Origin: an uncultured bacterium
GTDB taxonomy: Bacteria > Omnitrophota > Omnitrophia > Omnitrophales > Aquincolibacteriaceae
Length of the DNA: 64,000 nucleotides
Assembly (NCBI GenBank): GCA_964445745.1
Contig: CAYULU010000005.1
Span: 211 to 64,210 of the forward strand
Direction of reading: 5' to 3'
Below the pieces are notes generated by a model. The model did no database searches. It was not told where the DNA came from and was given only the letters and a program-made list of their open reading frames with translations. Below are positions 27,253 through 35,753 of this stretch, piece by piece (within the stretch, counting starts at the first letter, position 1; the number at the start of each line of letters is the position of its first letter). The translations under genes and the position numbers were made by a program.

Positions 27253-28139
27253 GCAAGAAAAACCCCGACTTAAAAGGTTCGATGGTTGCTTTAGTGACTC
27301 CGTTCCGGAACGGCAAGGTTGACCGGAAGGCGATGAAGGGTCTGATTGATTTTCAGATCAAGTCAGGAACGGATGTTCTTGTGCCTTGTGGTACGACCGG
27401 GGAGTCGGCCACGATGTCACACGAGGAGCATCGTGATACGTTGAGTTTTGTGGTCGATTATGTGAATGGACGTGTGCCTGTGATTGCTGGCTGTGGGTCC
27501 AACAACACAGCGGAAGCCTTGGGACTTGTCCGCCACGCCAAAAAGATCGGAGCCTCGGCTGCGCTGATTGTTACACCGTACTATAATAAGCCCACCCAAG
27601 AAGGACTTTACCGACATTACGAGTTTCTTGCATCCCGAGTGGATATTCCGATCGTCCTTTATAATGTTCCTGGCCGAACGGGTGTGTCCATTGCACCGGA
27701 AACCGTCGCGCGCCTTTCAAAAATTGACACGATTGTGGCCATCAAAGAGGCGAGCGGAAGCATGGATCAGGCCGATAAGATCATGCAACTTTGTGACATA
27801 GCAGTCATTTCGGGGGAAGATTCTCTAACGTATCCACTGATAGCCATTGGTGCCCAAGGTGTCATCTCCGTGACGGCGAATGTCGTCCCTGGACTTGTCC
27901 ATGACATGGTTTGGGCCGCTCTCGACGGAAAGATGACGCAAGCGGCGGAGCTTCACAGAAGACATTATCTGTTTTCAAAAATTGCCTTTATTGAAACCAA
28001 TCCGATCCCTGTTAAAACAGCGCTTGGATGGATGGGGATGCTACAACCGGAATTTCGTTTGCCACTTTGTGAAATGCAACCGGAGAACGAGAAAAAACTT
28101 TCAGAGGTTCTCAAGAAACTTGGGATTCTCAAAAGATAG
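27249..28139 (+). CDS. dapA: 4-hydroxy-tetrahydrodipicolinate synthase
   Basis: 296 aa with VPCGTTGES, YNKPTQEGLYRHY and VAIKEASG (Schiff-base Lys). It overlaps the dapF stop. Confidence 0.9.
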   Translation: MSKKNPDLKGSMVALVTPFRNGKVDRKAMKGLIDFQIKSGTDVLVPCGTTGESATMSHEEHRDTLSFVVDYVNGRVPVIAGCGSNNTAEALGLVRHAKKIGASAALIVTPYYNKPTQEGLYRHYEFLASRVDIPIVLYNVPGRTGVSIAPETVARLSKIDTIVAIKEASGSMDQADKIMQLCDIAVISGEDSLTYPLIAIGAQGVISVTANVVPGLVHDMVWAALDGKMTQAAELHRRHYLFSKIAFIETNPIPVKTALGWMGMLQPEFRLPLCEMQPENEKKLSEVLKKLGILKR

Positions 28140-28154
28140 AGGAGATTAAAACCC

Positions 28155-28958
28155 ATGGTTAAACTTGCAGTGGCTGGAGCGGCTGGCAGGATGGGAAAGA
28201 TGATTCTTCAACTGGCGGCGAGAGATAAGGCGTTCAGGATCACGGGCGGCATTGAACAACGGGGACATGCGGTGCTTGGAATGGACATCGGCCCTGTCAT
28301 AGGGTGCGACCTTTTGAATGCCAAGATCGAACAAGATCCTTTTTCCGTGGTGAAGCGAGCTGATGTTTTGATCGATTTTACTCATTTTTCTGCTTTGCCG
28401 GAAAACCTTAAGGCCTGCGTGGCGGCAAACACAGCCATCATAATCGGTACAACCGCCATTCCTCCTGTCCTTATGAAAAAGATTGTCTCTGCCTCCAAAA
28501 AAATTCCTATTGTTCAATCCCCGAACATGAGCGTCGGGGTCAACCTTCTTTTCAGTCTGGCGGCGATGGCCGGATCCAATCTTGATTCAAGCTATGACCT
28601 GGAAATTACCGAGGTTCACCACAGGATGAAGAAGGACGCTCCCAGCGGCACGGCGCTTAAGCTCCTGGAGATTCTAGCCGATTCTAGAGGTGTGGACAGC
28701 CGGAAAGATGTGGTTTACGGAAGGCAGGGAGAAACGGGATCCCGGCAACCAGGGAAAATCGGTGTTTTTGCCCTCCGGGGCGGAGATGTTGTGGGAGAAC
28801 ATACGGTGTCTTTTTTTGGAGATGGAGAACGAATTGAGCTCGTCCATAAGGCGTCATCTCGCGAGCCTTTTGCGAAAGGCGCCCTTCTGGCCGCAAAATT
28901 CCTTGCGAAAAAGAGGGCAGGTCTTTATCATATGCGCCAAGTCCTCGGGATGCTGTAA
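28155..28958 (+). CDS. dapB: 4-hydroxy-tetrahydrodipicolinate reductase
   Basis: 267 aa with VAGAAGRMG (NAD(P)-binding) and EITEVHHRMKKDAPSGTA. Confidence 0.9.
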   Translation: MVKLAVAGAAGRMGKMILQLAARDKAFRITGGIEQRGHAVLGMDIGPVIGCDLLNAKIEQDPFSVVKRADVLIDFTHFSALPENLKACVAANTAIIIGTTAIPPVLMKKIVSASKKIPIVQSPNMSVGVNLLFSLAAMAGSNLDSSYDLEITEVHHRMKKDAPSGTALKLLEILADSRGVDSRKDVVYGRQGETGSRQPGKIGVFALRGGDVVGEHTVSFFGDGERIELVHKASSREPFAKGALLAAKFLAKKRAGLYHMRQVLGML

Positions 28959-29023
28959 ACCGTTTTGTAGCCTTGTTCATCAAAGGTTTGCAAAAGCCAG
29001 AAATTGAAAGCTAAAAATTTTTA

Positions 29024-30601
29024 ATGAAACTTAAAAATATAATAACCTCCTTTTTGGCGTGTGCGTTTGCCTTGTGTTACTCTTCCTCATTTGCGACCGC
29101 CGGTATCCTCGTTCCTGAAGCCGATTCCGCTGAAGCTGTTTCCCAACCTAATTTATTTGCCCAGAACTTCTACATGCCCTCGGGTCAAAAACTTGATCAG
29201 AAGATCACTGAAATAAGGGGATTCCCGATCGTCAAGACACATTCCCGTCCTCAGAATTCGGAATACTCAATCGTGACGGATTTCGGAGGCAATGCCTTTC
29301 GATCCCGCTTTCTCCCCGGGTTAAAAGATCCTAAGGCGATCGACGATTACATCAAAAAAAATCTCCAGGTTGCAAATTTTAATGGTGTCGAGGTCCGGAA
29401 GCTTGCGATCCCTCTTGCGGATGGACAAGTGACGGACATGTTCTGGGTAGGAGACAAGGCTTTTCCTTCGGCAGAACAGGCGACAACTGAGGTTTCCAGG
29501 GTCAAGGCTTTAATCGAATCCCAGGGAGGCGATTTTGGGGTAAGCGTCCGTGAAATTCCCGTATTTGTTGCGCCCGAGCAACCGGAACCGGTCAAGACCC
29601 AGGCCCAATTCAAAAAAGAGGAGGAACTGATCCTCAAGTTCACGGATCAACTTGATATTGGGGAAAAAATGTGGGGGCCTTTTCAGGGAGAAGGATCCGG
29701 TGAACCGGTTCTTTGGCAGTCATTTGGGGAAACTACTTATCGGATGACCAATCTTGAAAACAGGAATTTTAACAGTCAGGTGGGGTACTGGTCGAACCGC
29801 CTTGTCTTCAAGGGATTTCGTTTTCCGTTAAATACGATTGAGCCCTTTGTGGAAGAGACGACGAGTATTGAGGCGGTGGGCGCCGATTACAAAAGCCATT
29901 TTGACCTTTTTGCCGGTTTACAGTGGTATCCGCTCTTGAGAAATCCGTGGCTCTATAATTTCCGTCCGTTTGGGTGGGATATCCCGCTCCTTGAGTGGAT
30001 CCGTAATTACAAGTTTTACATCAAGTATGGCAACCGCTACAACATCAAGGACCAAATTGAAAACGCGAAGGACTATGATCTGATCGCTGGTGTTCAAATT
30101 TTTTATGAATGGGGTACTGATCTTCCTTCGCTCACGGAAGGGAAACCCGAACGTTTTGCGGACTACCTGCGGCAGTATGTCTGGGGAGAATATTTTGGAG
30201 ATTATCGTTGGGAGAAAACCAATTTTGGATCCGAAGAAGATTTTAACGCTTATATTCTGAATTCTTCGGTCATCATGGGCATTAAACTTCCCGGGATCCC
30301 GATCCCTCACAACCCGATTAATGATGAAATCGTTCTTATGCCTTACCTTCGTTTCGAGCATGTGAATAATTGCGAGTTTTCATTTCCTTATCAAAACCGG
30401 TATTTTCTTGCCCCGGGAATTCGTTGGATGCCGTTCAGGGCTTATCGCTGGAAAGAGGATGAATGGCTTTCCAAGATGGCTATTTTTGGGGAATGGCTCG
30501 CAATCGGAAAAGTCCAGAACGCGAAGCAGGATGGCGAGGCGCCGGATGCGGTGCGCTATGATCTTCGGTTCGGAGTTAAATTTTCTCACAGGCGGTTTTA
30601 A
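29024..30601 (+). CDS. Secreted protein with an aromatic-rich, beta-barrel-like C-terminal half (putative outer-membrane protein)
   Basis: 525 aa. The signal peptide is MKLKNIITSFLACAFALCYSSSFATAG. The C-terminal half is rich in W/Y/F/G/N and ends ...RFGVKFSHRRF, a terminal Phe typical of BAM substrates. Its stop abuts the next start (TAAATG). Confidence 0.5.
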   Translation: MKLKNIITSFLACAFALCYSSSFATAGILVPEADSAEAVSQPNLFAQNFYMPSGQKLDQKITEIRGFPIVKTHSRPQNSEYSIVTDFGGNAFRSRFLPGLKDPKAIDDYIKKNLQVANFNGVEVRKLAIPLADGQVTDMFWVGDKAFPSAEQATTEVSRVKALIESQGGDFGVSVREIPVFVAPEQPEPVKTQAQFKKEEELILKFTDQLDIGEKMWGPFQGEGSGEPVLWQSFGETTYRMTNLENRNFNSQVGYWSNRLVFKGFRFPLNTIEPFVEETTSIEAVGADYKSHFDLFAGLQWYPLLRNPWLYNFRPFGWDIPLLEWIRNYKFYIKYGNRYNIKDQIENAKDYDLIAGVQIFYEWGTDLPSLTEGKPERFADYLRQYVWGEYFGDYRWEKTNFGSEEDFNAYILNSSVIMGIKLPGIPIPHNPINDEIVLMPYLRFEHVNNCEFSFPYQNRYFLAPGIRWMPFRAYRWKEDEWLSKMAIFGEWLAIGKVQNAKQDGEAPDAVRYDLRFGVKFSHRRF

Positions 30602-33600
30602 ATGATGACACACGCCACACGCCACATGCCCGACAAGACAACACCTCGGCTCTGTATCGCCGCGTGGCTTTGTGGCTTCTTGCTTTTTTGTGCTTTTACG
30701 CCTTCCGTCTTTGCCAATGTCCTGGGTAATCCGGATTTCGAACAGCCGTTAGGGGATGGAACGCAAAGTAATTGGGCTAATAACACCAGCACATCGAATT
30801 TGGTTGCCAAAATGGGACGATGGGATGGTGTGAATAATCCGGCTGGATTGTCTGCCGGATTTGCAGTCCCACGTAATAGTTCCTATGCCCTTTACTTACA
30901 GGCTTACTACAATGCTCCTCCCGCCTTCTATGAAAGCACTTTTACCTTTCAGGCTTACAACAATGTGAAACCGGGTGACTACGTGACTTTTTCAGGTTAC
31001 GCCCAGTCGGATATTAAAGCGGCTGATACCGGGGGAAGAATGAAAATCGAGTTTGAGGATGCCTCCGGCGCCAAGATTGGAAGTCCGGTTCAAACCGGAA
31101 AGATTACGATTGCGACTGCCCCGCGAGGAGCTTGGACTTTTTTTTCATTAACGGCGACCGCCCCTGAGAACGTTTCTAAGGTTGTTTTTGTTTTGGATGC
31201 TAACGGCATTATGGATGGCGCTGTACCCCAATTCGGTAACATCCTGTACGACGGTCTTAATGCGGAGGTTAATCCTGCTAAACTTACTGTTGCGGCATCG
31301 AAGCGCAGTGTGAAAAAAGGAGACGCGATTGGAATTAATGCCCATTTCGCCAATGCGTCGGGAAATACGTTTACCAATTCAAATATGCGAATCAAGTTTC
31401 CCAATGGTTTTGATCATGCACAGGATTCAATACGGGTGAACGGTCAGAAAGTCGCGGGTCAGGAAGGATCCCTCATCATTCCTCTGGGCACCATTACTCC
31501 GGGCACGACTTATGATGTTACGTTTGCAACATTAGTGACGAGTGGGGTGCAGTTGGGGAAAACCTATTCTCTGGAAGTTTCGGTTGAAGGGGGCGGCGGC
31601 GCTTTGTCGGAAACCGCTCACGTTCAATTTACGATCCGGGGAGATCCGATCTTTGATGAAGGCACAATTATCGGGAAAGTTTTCAATGATTTGAACCAGG
31701 ATGGAGTTCAGCAGTGCGGTGAGCCGGGGGTGCCTTGGGTCACTCTCTATACGGAAGAAGGCATCAAGATTGTAACGGATGAATTTGGCCGCTACCATAT
31801 TCCAGGCGTCTCTCCGGGCCGGCATCTCGTAAAGATTGACGGACATACGCTTCCCGAGGGGACAAAATTTATTACGGAAGAAACCTATCTTGTCAAGATT
31901 ACGCCGGGCATTATGGGAAAAGCGAGTTTTGCGGTTCTTCTCCCGCCTTCGGGGATTCCTGAATCATTCAAGAATGACCTCATGGTGATGATCACCCAGG
32001 GGGCTGATATTTCGCGTCCCAATCTGGATATCGTGATGGAACCTTCGGTCTTAAAACTGGGAGTTGGATTACTTGAGAAAGAACCCTTGTTCAAGTTTGA
32101 CAGCAATTACGCCGGTTTCGTTAAGAAGTGGACTCTTGAAATTCGTGATGAGATGGGGGTGCCGGTCTGGAAGGGTTTTGGTGTGGGACAGCCGCCTCCT
32201 GAGATGACCTGGAACGGAAAGACTGAAAACGGGCTCATGCTCAAGCCCGGGATTTATTCTTATCAATTAAAGATCCGCGATTCTAAAAATCGAGAAGACT
32301 GGACCCCGCTCAAATTCTTTGAGGTCTATAACAAGCTGGATGAAAGAGCGGCAAAAAATTACCAGACAGAAATTCCCTCGGTGGGTGATTTCAATTTATT
32401 TAAAGACGGGAAGCGTAGTATTCCGTTGATTGCAAAACCGACCGTCCGGATCCAGGGAAAGACCAAGCCTGATCACGAAATTAAAATCAACGAAATTCCG
32501 GTGAGTGTGGATCCTGAAACGGGCATGTTTCAAAAAGAGTTTTATGTTGAACCGGGTGAGCGGGAGTTTACGATTTCTGCCACGAGCGCGACAGGAGAAA
32601 GCACAAGTTATCAGGAAAAAGTTCAGGTTAAGGACAGCACTTTTTTTATGGTGGCGCTTGGGGAGGAACAGCTCGGGGTCAATTTTTCGAAAGGGGCCAT
32701 GGAGGCGGCGGATACCGATGCTTATCGCGACGGGTTTACGGAAGAAGGTCGCTTTTCGTATTACCTCAAGGCCAAGCTTAAAGGAAAATTTCTTGTAAAG
32801 TCCCACTATGATACGTCGGATCGCCGTTCGGCGCTTTTTACCAATCTTGATCCGAATGAATATTATCCGATTTACGGTGATGGTTCATCGCGTGACTACG
32901 AGGCCCAGGACACTGCCCAGAGGCTTTTTGTCCTCGTGGAGATGGACAAGTCTTTTTTGAAATGGGGAACCTTCAAAACCGAATTCACGGATACGGAACT
33001 TGCCTCTTACAACCGAACGCTTTCGGGTCTGAAACTCAGCTTTGACACGGTGGCGAGTACCATTTACGGTGACCCGAAACGGGGATTTAAACTCTTTTGG
33101 ACTGAATCGGGAAAACAGGCTGATCACAATGAGTTTTATGCCACCGGTGGATCGCTTTATTACACACGTCAGCGTAATGTCCTGGAAGGAAGTGAGAAAA
33201 TTCGTGTTGAGATTCGCGACAAGATTACCGGAATGGTTCTCTCAAGTTACGATATGACCGAGGGGGCCGATTATGAGATCAATTACGGGGAAGGGCGGAT
33301 CTTTCTCTCCAGGCCGCTCTCTTCCGTTGCGGCAACCGACTCCCTTGTAACGGCGGATATTATGGACGGTAACCCGGTTTATCTCATTGTGGATTACGAA
33401 TATGAACCGTCGTCTTCGGATTTGCCTGAAATCAATAACCGTGGAATTCGCGGTTATACCTGGGCGGGTGATCATGTAAGGTTTGGCGCGACTGCGGTAG
33501 AAGAAAAACGCACGGGCGGGCAGGATTACGATTTGCGCGGAGTCGACATGATGCTGAAATTCGGCCGTAATACGCAGATCACCGCTGAATACGCGACCAG

Positions 33601-35323
33601 CATCAACAAGCAGATGGATTCGTCGGTGTCCTACGATGGCGGTATCAGTTTTGGGAGCGAAGGAAATTTGCACGGGAATAATACGCGTCCCCGGGAAAAT
33701 GCGTATGTGATCCGGGGCCAGTCTCAGCCCGTGAAAAACCTTGAAGTGAGCGGCTATGTCCAGGGTGTTGAACCGGGATTTTCGAATGGTCATATGACGA
33801 GCCAGGAAGGTTTCAAGAAGTACGGGCTTGCAACGCGCTATAAATTTACGGACACGTTCTCTGCCCGTTACCGTTTTGATTCAAGCGAAGTAGTCGGCCA
33901 GCTTTTGCCGCTTGCGGAGCACAATATCGCAGCTCCGTATGAGGGCCTTCAGGTTCACACGGCACAGCTTGTTTACGATGACGGAAAGTATCTTGCGCAG
34001 GCCGAGTATCAGCGTAGTAACATCGATCAGGTTGAAGATTCCGCCAACTTGATGCCGTCACTCTATTCAGAACTTCCATTTGAACATGGGATTGCGACGA
34101 AAGTTGGATATCACATCAACGATCGTTTGCTTCCTTATGTTAAGGCCCAGACAACGCTTCATTCGGCAGATGATTATCAGATCGGAGGGGGGATTCGTTG
34201 CGAGTTGATTAAAAATGTATTTGGCTATATCGAGCAGATGTTTGGTCCTCTCGGTGATTCGACCTATTATGGATTTGAAAGGCAACATGATAACGGAGCT
34301 CGTAGTTATGCCAACCTGCGTTCGGTGGATCGTGGTATCGGATCCAAAACGCTCTCAACTGCTATTGGAAGCTCCTTCCCCCTGACCGAGAAATCCAGAA
34401 TTTATTCTGAACGAGAACATTCGTCGTATCAGGGAGTGGACGGTTTTGCGGACATTCTCGGATACGAAGGCAGTTTGGGCGACCACTGGGATTTTGGAGC
34501 GAAATATGAACGGCGCCATTTGGATAACTCAACAACTCGATTGATCGATGTTGCTTCCGAGGCCGGATACGCGAGGAATAACACCTATAACACGGTGGGT
34601 GGGCATATTGGGTATGCGAATGGCAAGAAGCTCCGGGCGCGAACTTATTGGGAGTTTCGTCGTGATCCAGATGCCAGGAGTTTGGGACAGATTGTGACCC
34701 GGAACTCTGTCCAGTACCAGATTAACCGTGATCTGTCGTTCCTTTCCTATTTTAACTATGGGAACACCCATCTTTATAACCCCGGAGATGTGCCGGCGGC
34801 ATTTGTCGAACTGAACACGGGTTTTGCCTATCGGCCGGTGGGTCTGGATCATTTCAACATGTTGACAAAATACACCTATTTGAAAAATCTGGGCGATGAT
34901 GTGCAGTACGATAACGGTTATTATAACGGGGTCCAGTTTGATGATCTGGCGCATATTTTTTCAATCGATGCGCTCTATGACATCAACCGCTGGTTCGGAG
35001 TTGCCCAAAAACTTGCTTTTAAGCGGGCTCAACTTTATATATCCACCGGGGATGAAGTAGCGACCCATAATTTCCTGACGGTGAGCCGGATCAATTTTCA
35101 TGTGACCCGGAAATGGGACGTAGCCGCGGAATACCGTCTCTTGTGGCAGTCGTCCGCTTTGGGCACGATGCGGCACGGGATGTTGGTTGAAGTGGACCGT
35201 GAGATTTACGAGTATGTGAGACTGGGGGTTGGGTATAATTTTACGGATTTTAGCGATGATCTTCGCCATGCTAATGATTATCAGAACAATGGGCCGTTCG
35301 TCCGGATGACGGGGAAATTTTAA
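30602..35323 (+). CDS. Large mosaic surface protein: CBM-like, DUF11, SdrD-B/Cna-B-like and FlgD-Ig-like modules, plus a putative C-terminal beta-barrel of roughly 850 aa
   Basis: 1573 aa with a signal peptide. The modules visible are:
- NVLGNPDFEQPLGDG (CBM4/9-like start)
- LTVAASKRSVKKGDAIGINAHFANASG (DUF11-like)
- GKVFNDLNQDGVQQCGEPGVPWVTLYTEEG..TDEFGRYHIPGVSPGRHLV (SdrD B-like)
- WNGKTENGLMLKPGIYSYQLKIRD (FlgD-Ig-like)

The long Y/G/D/N-rich C-terminus ends FVRMTGKF. Confidence 0.6.
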   Translation: MMTHATRHMPDKTTPRLCIAAWLCGFLLFCAFTPSVFANVLGNPDFEQPLGDGTQSNWANNTSTSNLVAKMGRWDGVNNPAGLSAGFAVPRNSSYALYLQAYYNAPPAFYESTFTFQAYNNVKPGDYVTFSGYAQSDIKAADTGGRMKIEFEDASGAKIGSPVQTGKITIATAPRGAWTFFSLTATAPENVSKVVFVLDANGIMDGAVPQFGNILYDGLNAEVNPAKLTVAASKRSVKKGDAIGINAHFANASGNTFTNSNMRIKFPNGFDHAQDSIRVNGQKVAGQEGSLIIPLGTITPGTTYDVTFATLVTSGVQLGKTYSLEVSVEGGGGALSETAHVQFTIRGDPIFDEGTIIGKVFNDLNQDGVQQCGEPGVPWVTLYTEEGIKIVTDEFGRYHIPGVSPGRHLVKIDGHTLPEGTKFITEETYLVKITPGIMGKASFAVLLPPSGIPESFKNDLMVMITQGADISRPNLDIVMEPSVLKLGVGLLEKEPLFKFDSNYAGFVKKWTLEIRDEMGVPVWKGFGVGQPPPEMTWNGKTENGLMLKPGIYSYQLKIRDSKNREDWTPLKFFEVYNKLDERAAKNYQTEIPSVGDFNLFKDGKRSIPLIAKPTVRIQGKTKPDHEIKINEIPVSVDPETGMFQKEFYVEPGEREFTISATSATGESTSYQEKVQVKDSTFFMVALGEEQLGVNFSKGAMEAADTDAYRDGFTEEGRFSYYLKAKLKGKFLVKSHYDTSDRRSALFTNLDPNEYYPIYGDGSSRDYEAQDTAQRLFVLVEMDKSFLKWGTFKTEFTDTELASYNRTLSGLKLSFDTVASTIYGDPKRGFKLFWTESGKQADHNEFYATGGSLYYTRQRNVLEGSEKIRVEIRDKITGMVLSSYDMTEGADYEINYGEGRIFLSRPLSSVAATDSLVTADIMDGNPVYLIVDYEYEPSSSDLPEINNRGIRGYTWAGDHVRFGATAVEEKRTGGQDYDLRGVDMMLKFGRNTQITAEYATSINKQMDSSVSYDGGISFGSEGNLHGNNTRPRENAYVIRGQSQPVKNLEVSGYVQGVEPGFSNGHMTSQEGFKKYGLATRYKFTDTFSARYRFDSSEVVGQLLPLAEHNIAAPYEGLQVHTAQLVYDDGKYLAQAEYQRSNIDQVEDSANLMPSLYSELPFEHGIATKVGYHINDRLLPYVKAQTTLHSADDYQIGGGIRCELIKNVFGYIEQMFGPLGDSTYYGFERQHDNGARSYANLRSVDRGIGSKTLSTAIGSSFPLTEKSRIYSEREHSSYQGVDGFADILGYEGSLGDHWDFGAKYERRHLDNSTTRLIDVASEAGYARNNTYNTVGGHIGYANGKKLRARTYWEFRRDPDARSLGQIVTRNSVQYQINRDLSFLSYFNYGNTHLYNPGDVPAAFVELNTGFAYRPVGLDHFNMLTKYTYLKNLGDDVQYDNGYYNGVQFDDLAHIFSIDALYDINRWFGVAQKLAFKRAQLYISTGDEVATHNFLTVSRINFHVTRKWDVAAEYRLLWQSSALGTMRHGMLVEVDREIYEYVRLGVGYNFTDFSDDLRHANDYQNNGPFVRMTGKF

Positions 35324-35342
35324 CGAAGGAAACGGAGATTGA

Positions 35343-35735
35343 ATGATGCGAACTATCGGGATGATTTTGATGAGCGCTTTTTTTTGTTTTCATTTTTCAG
35401 GTTGTGCGACGGTTGAAAAAATGCTTCCACTTCACGATGAAGTTCTTGTTTACGAATTGCCTCTGGATCTGACGTATCTAAGAACAACGGAGGCAATGGA
35501 AACCTTGCCGGGGTGGATCATTGAATCGACTGACAAGGAGAAGGGGATCATCGCCGCCCGCAACATTGAATACAGCCGATTGGATGACTCGGATACGCGG
35601 ACGGTGACAGTGCTTGTGGAACGGGTTGACCGGACCCATACGTCGGTTACTTTAGCTCCTGAATCTCAGCGGAGTTTGTCCGGCGGGGATATGATGAAAG
35701 CTATCGACACGATGTTGAGTGCCGAGCTCAAATAG
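35343..35735 (+). CDS. Small lipoprotein (unknown function)
   Basis: 130 aa. The signal peptide has a lipobox (FFCFHFSGC). It lies immediately downstream of the 1573-aa gene. Confidence 0.55.
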   Translation: MMRTIGMILMSAFFCFHFSGCATVEKMLPLHDEVLVYELPLDLTYLRTTEAMETLPGWIIESTDKEKGIIAARNIEYSRLDDSDTRTVTVLVERVDRTHTSVTLAPESQRSLSGGDMMKAIDTMLSAELK

Positions 35736-35753
35736 AATCCCAAGGCCATTGTC

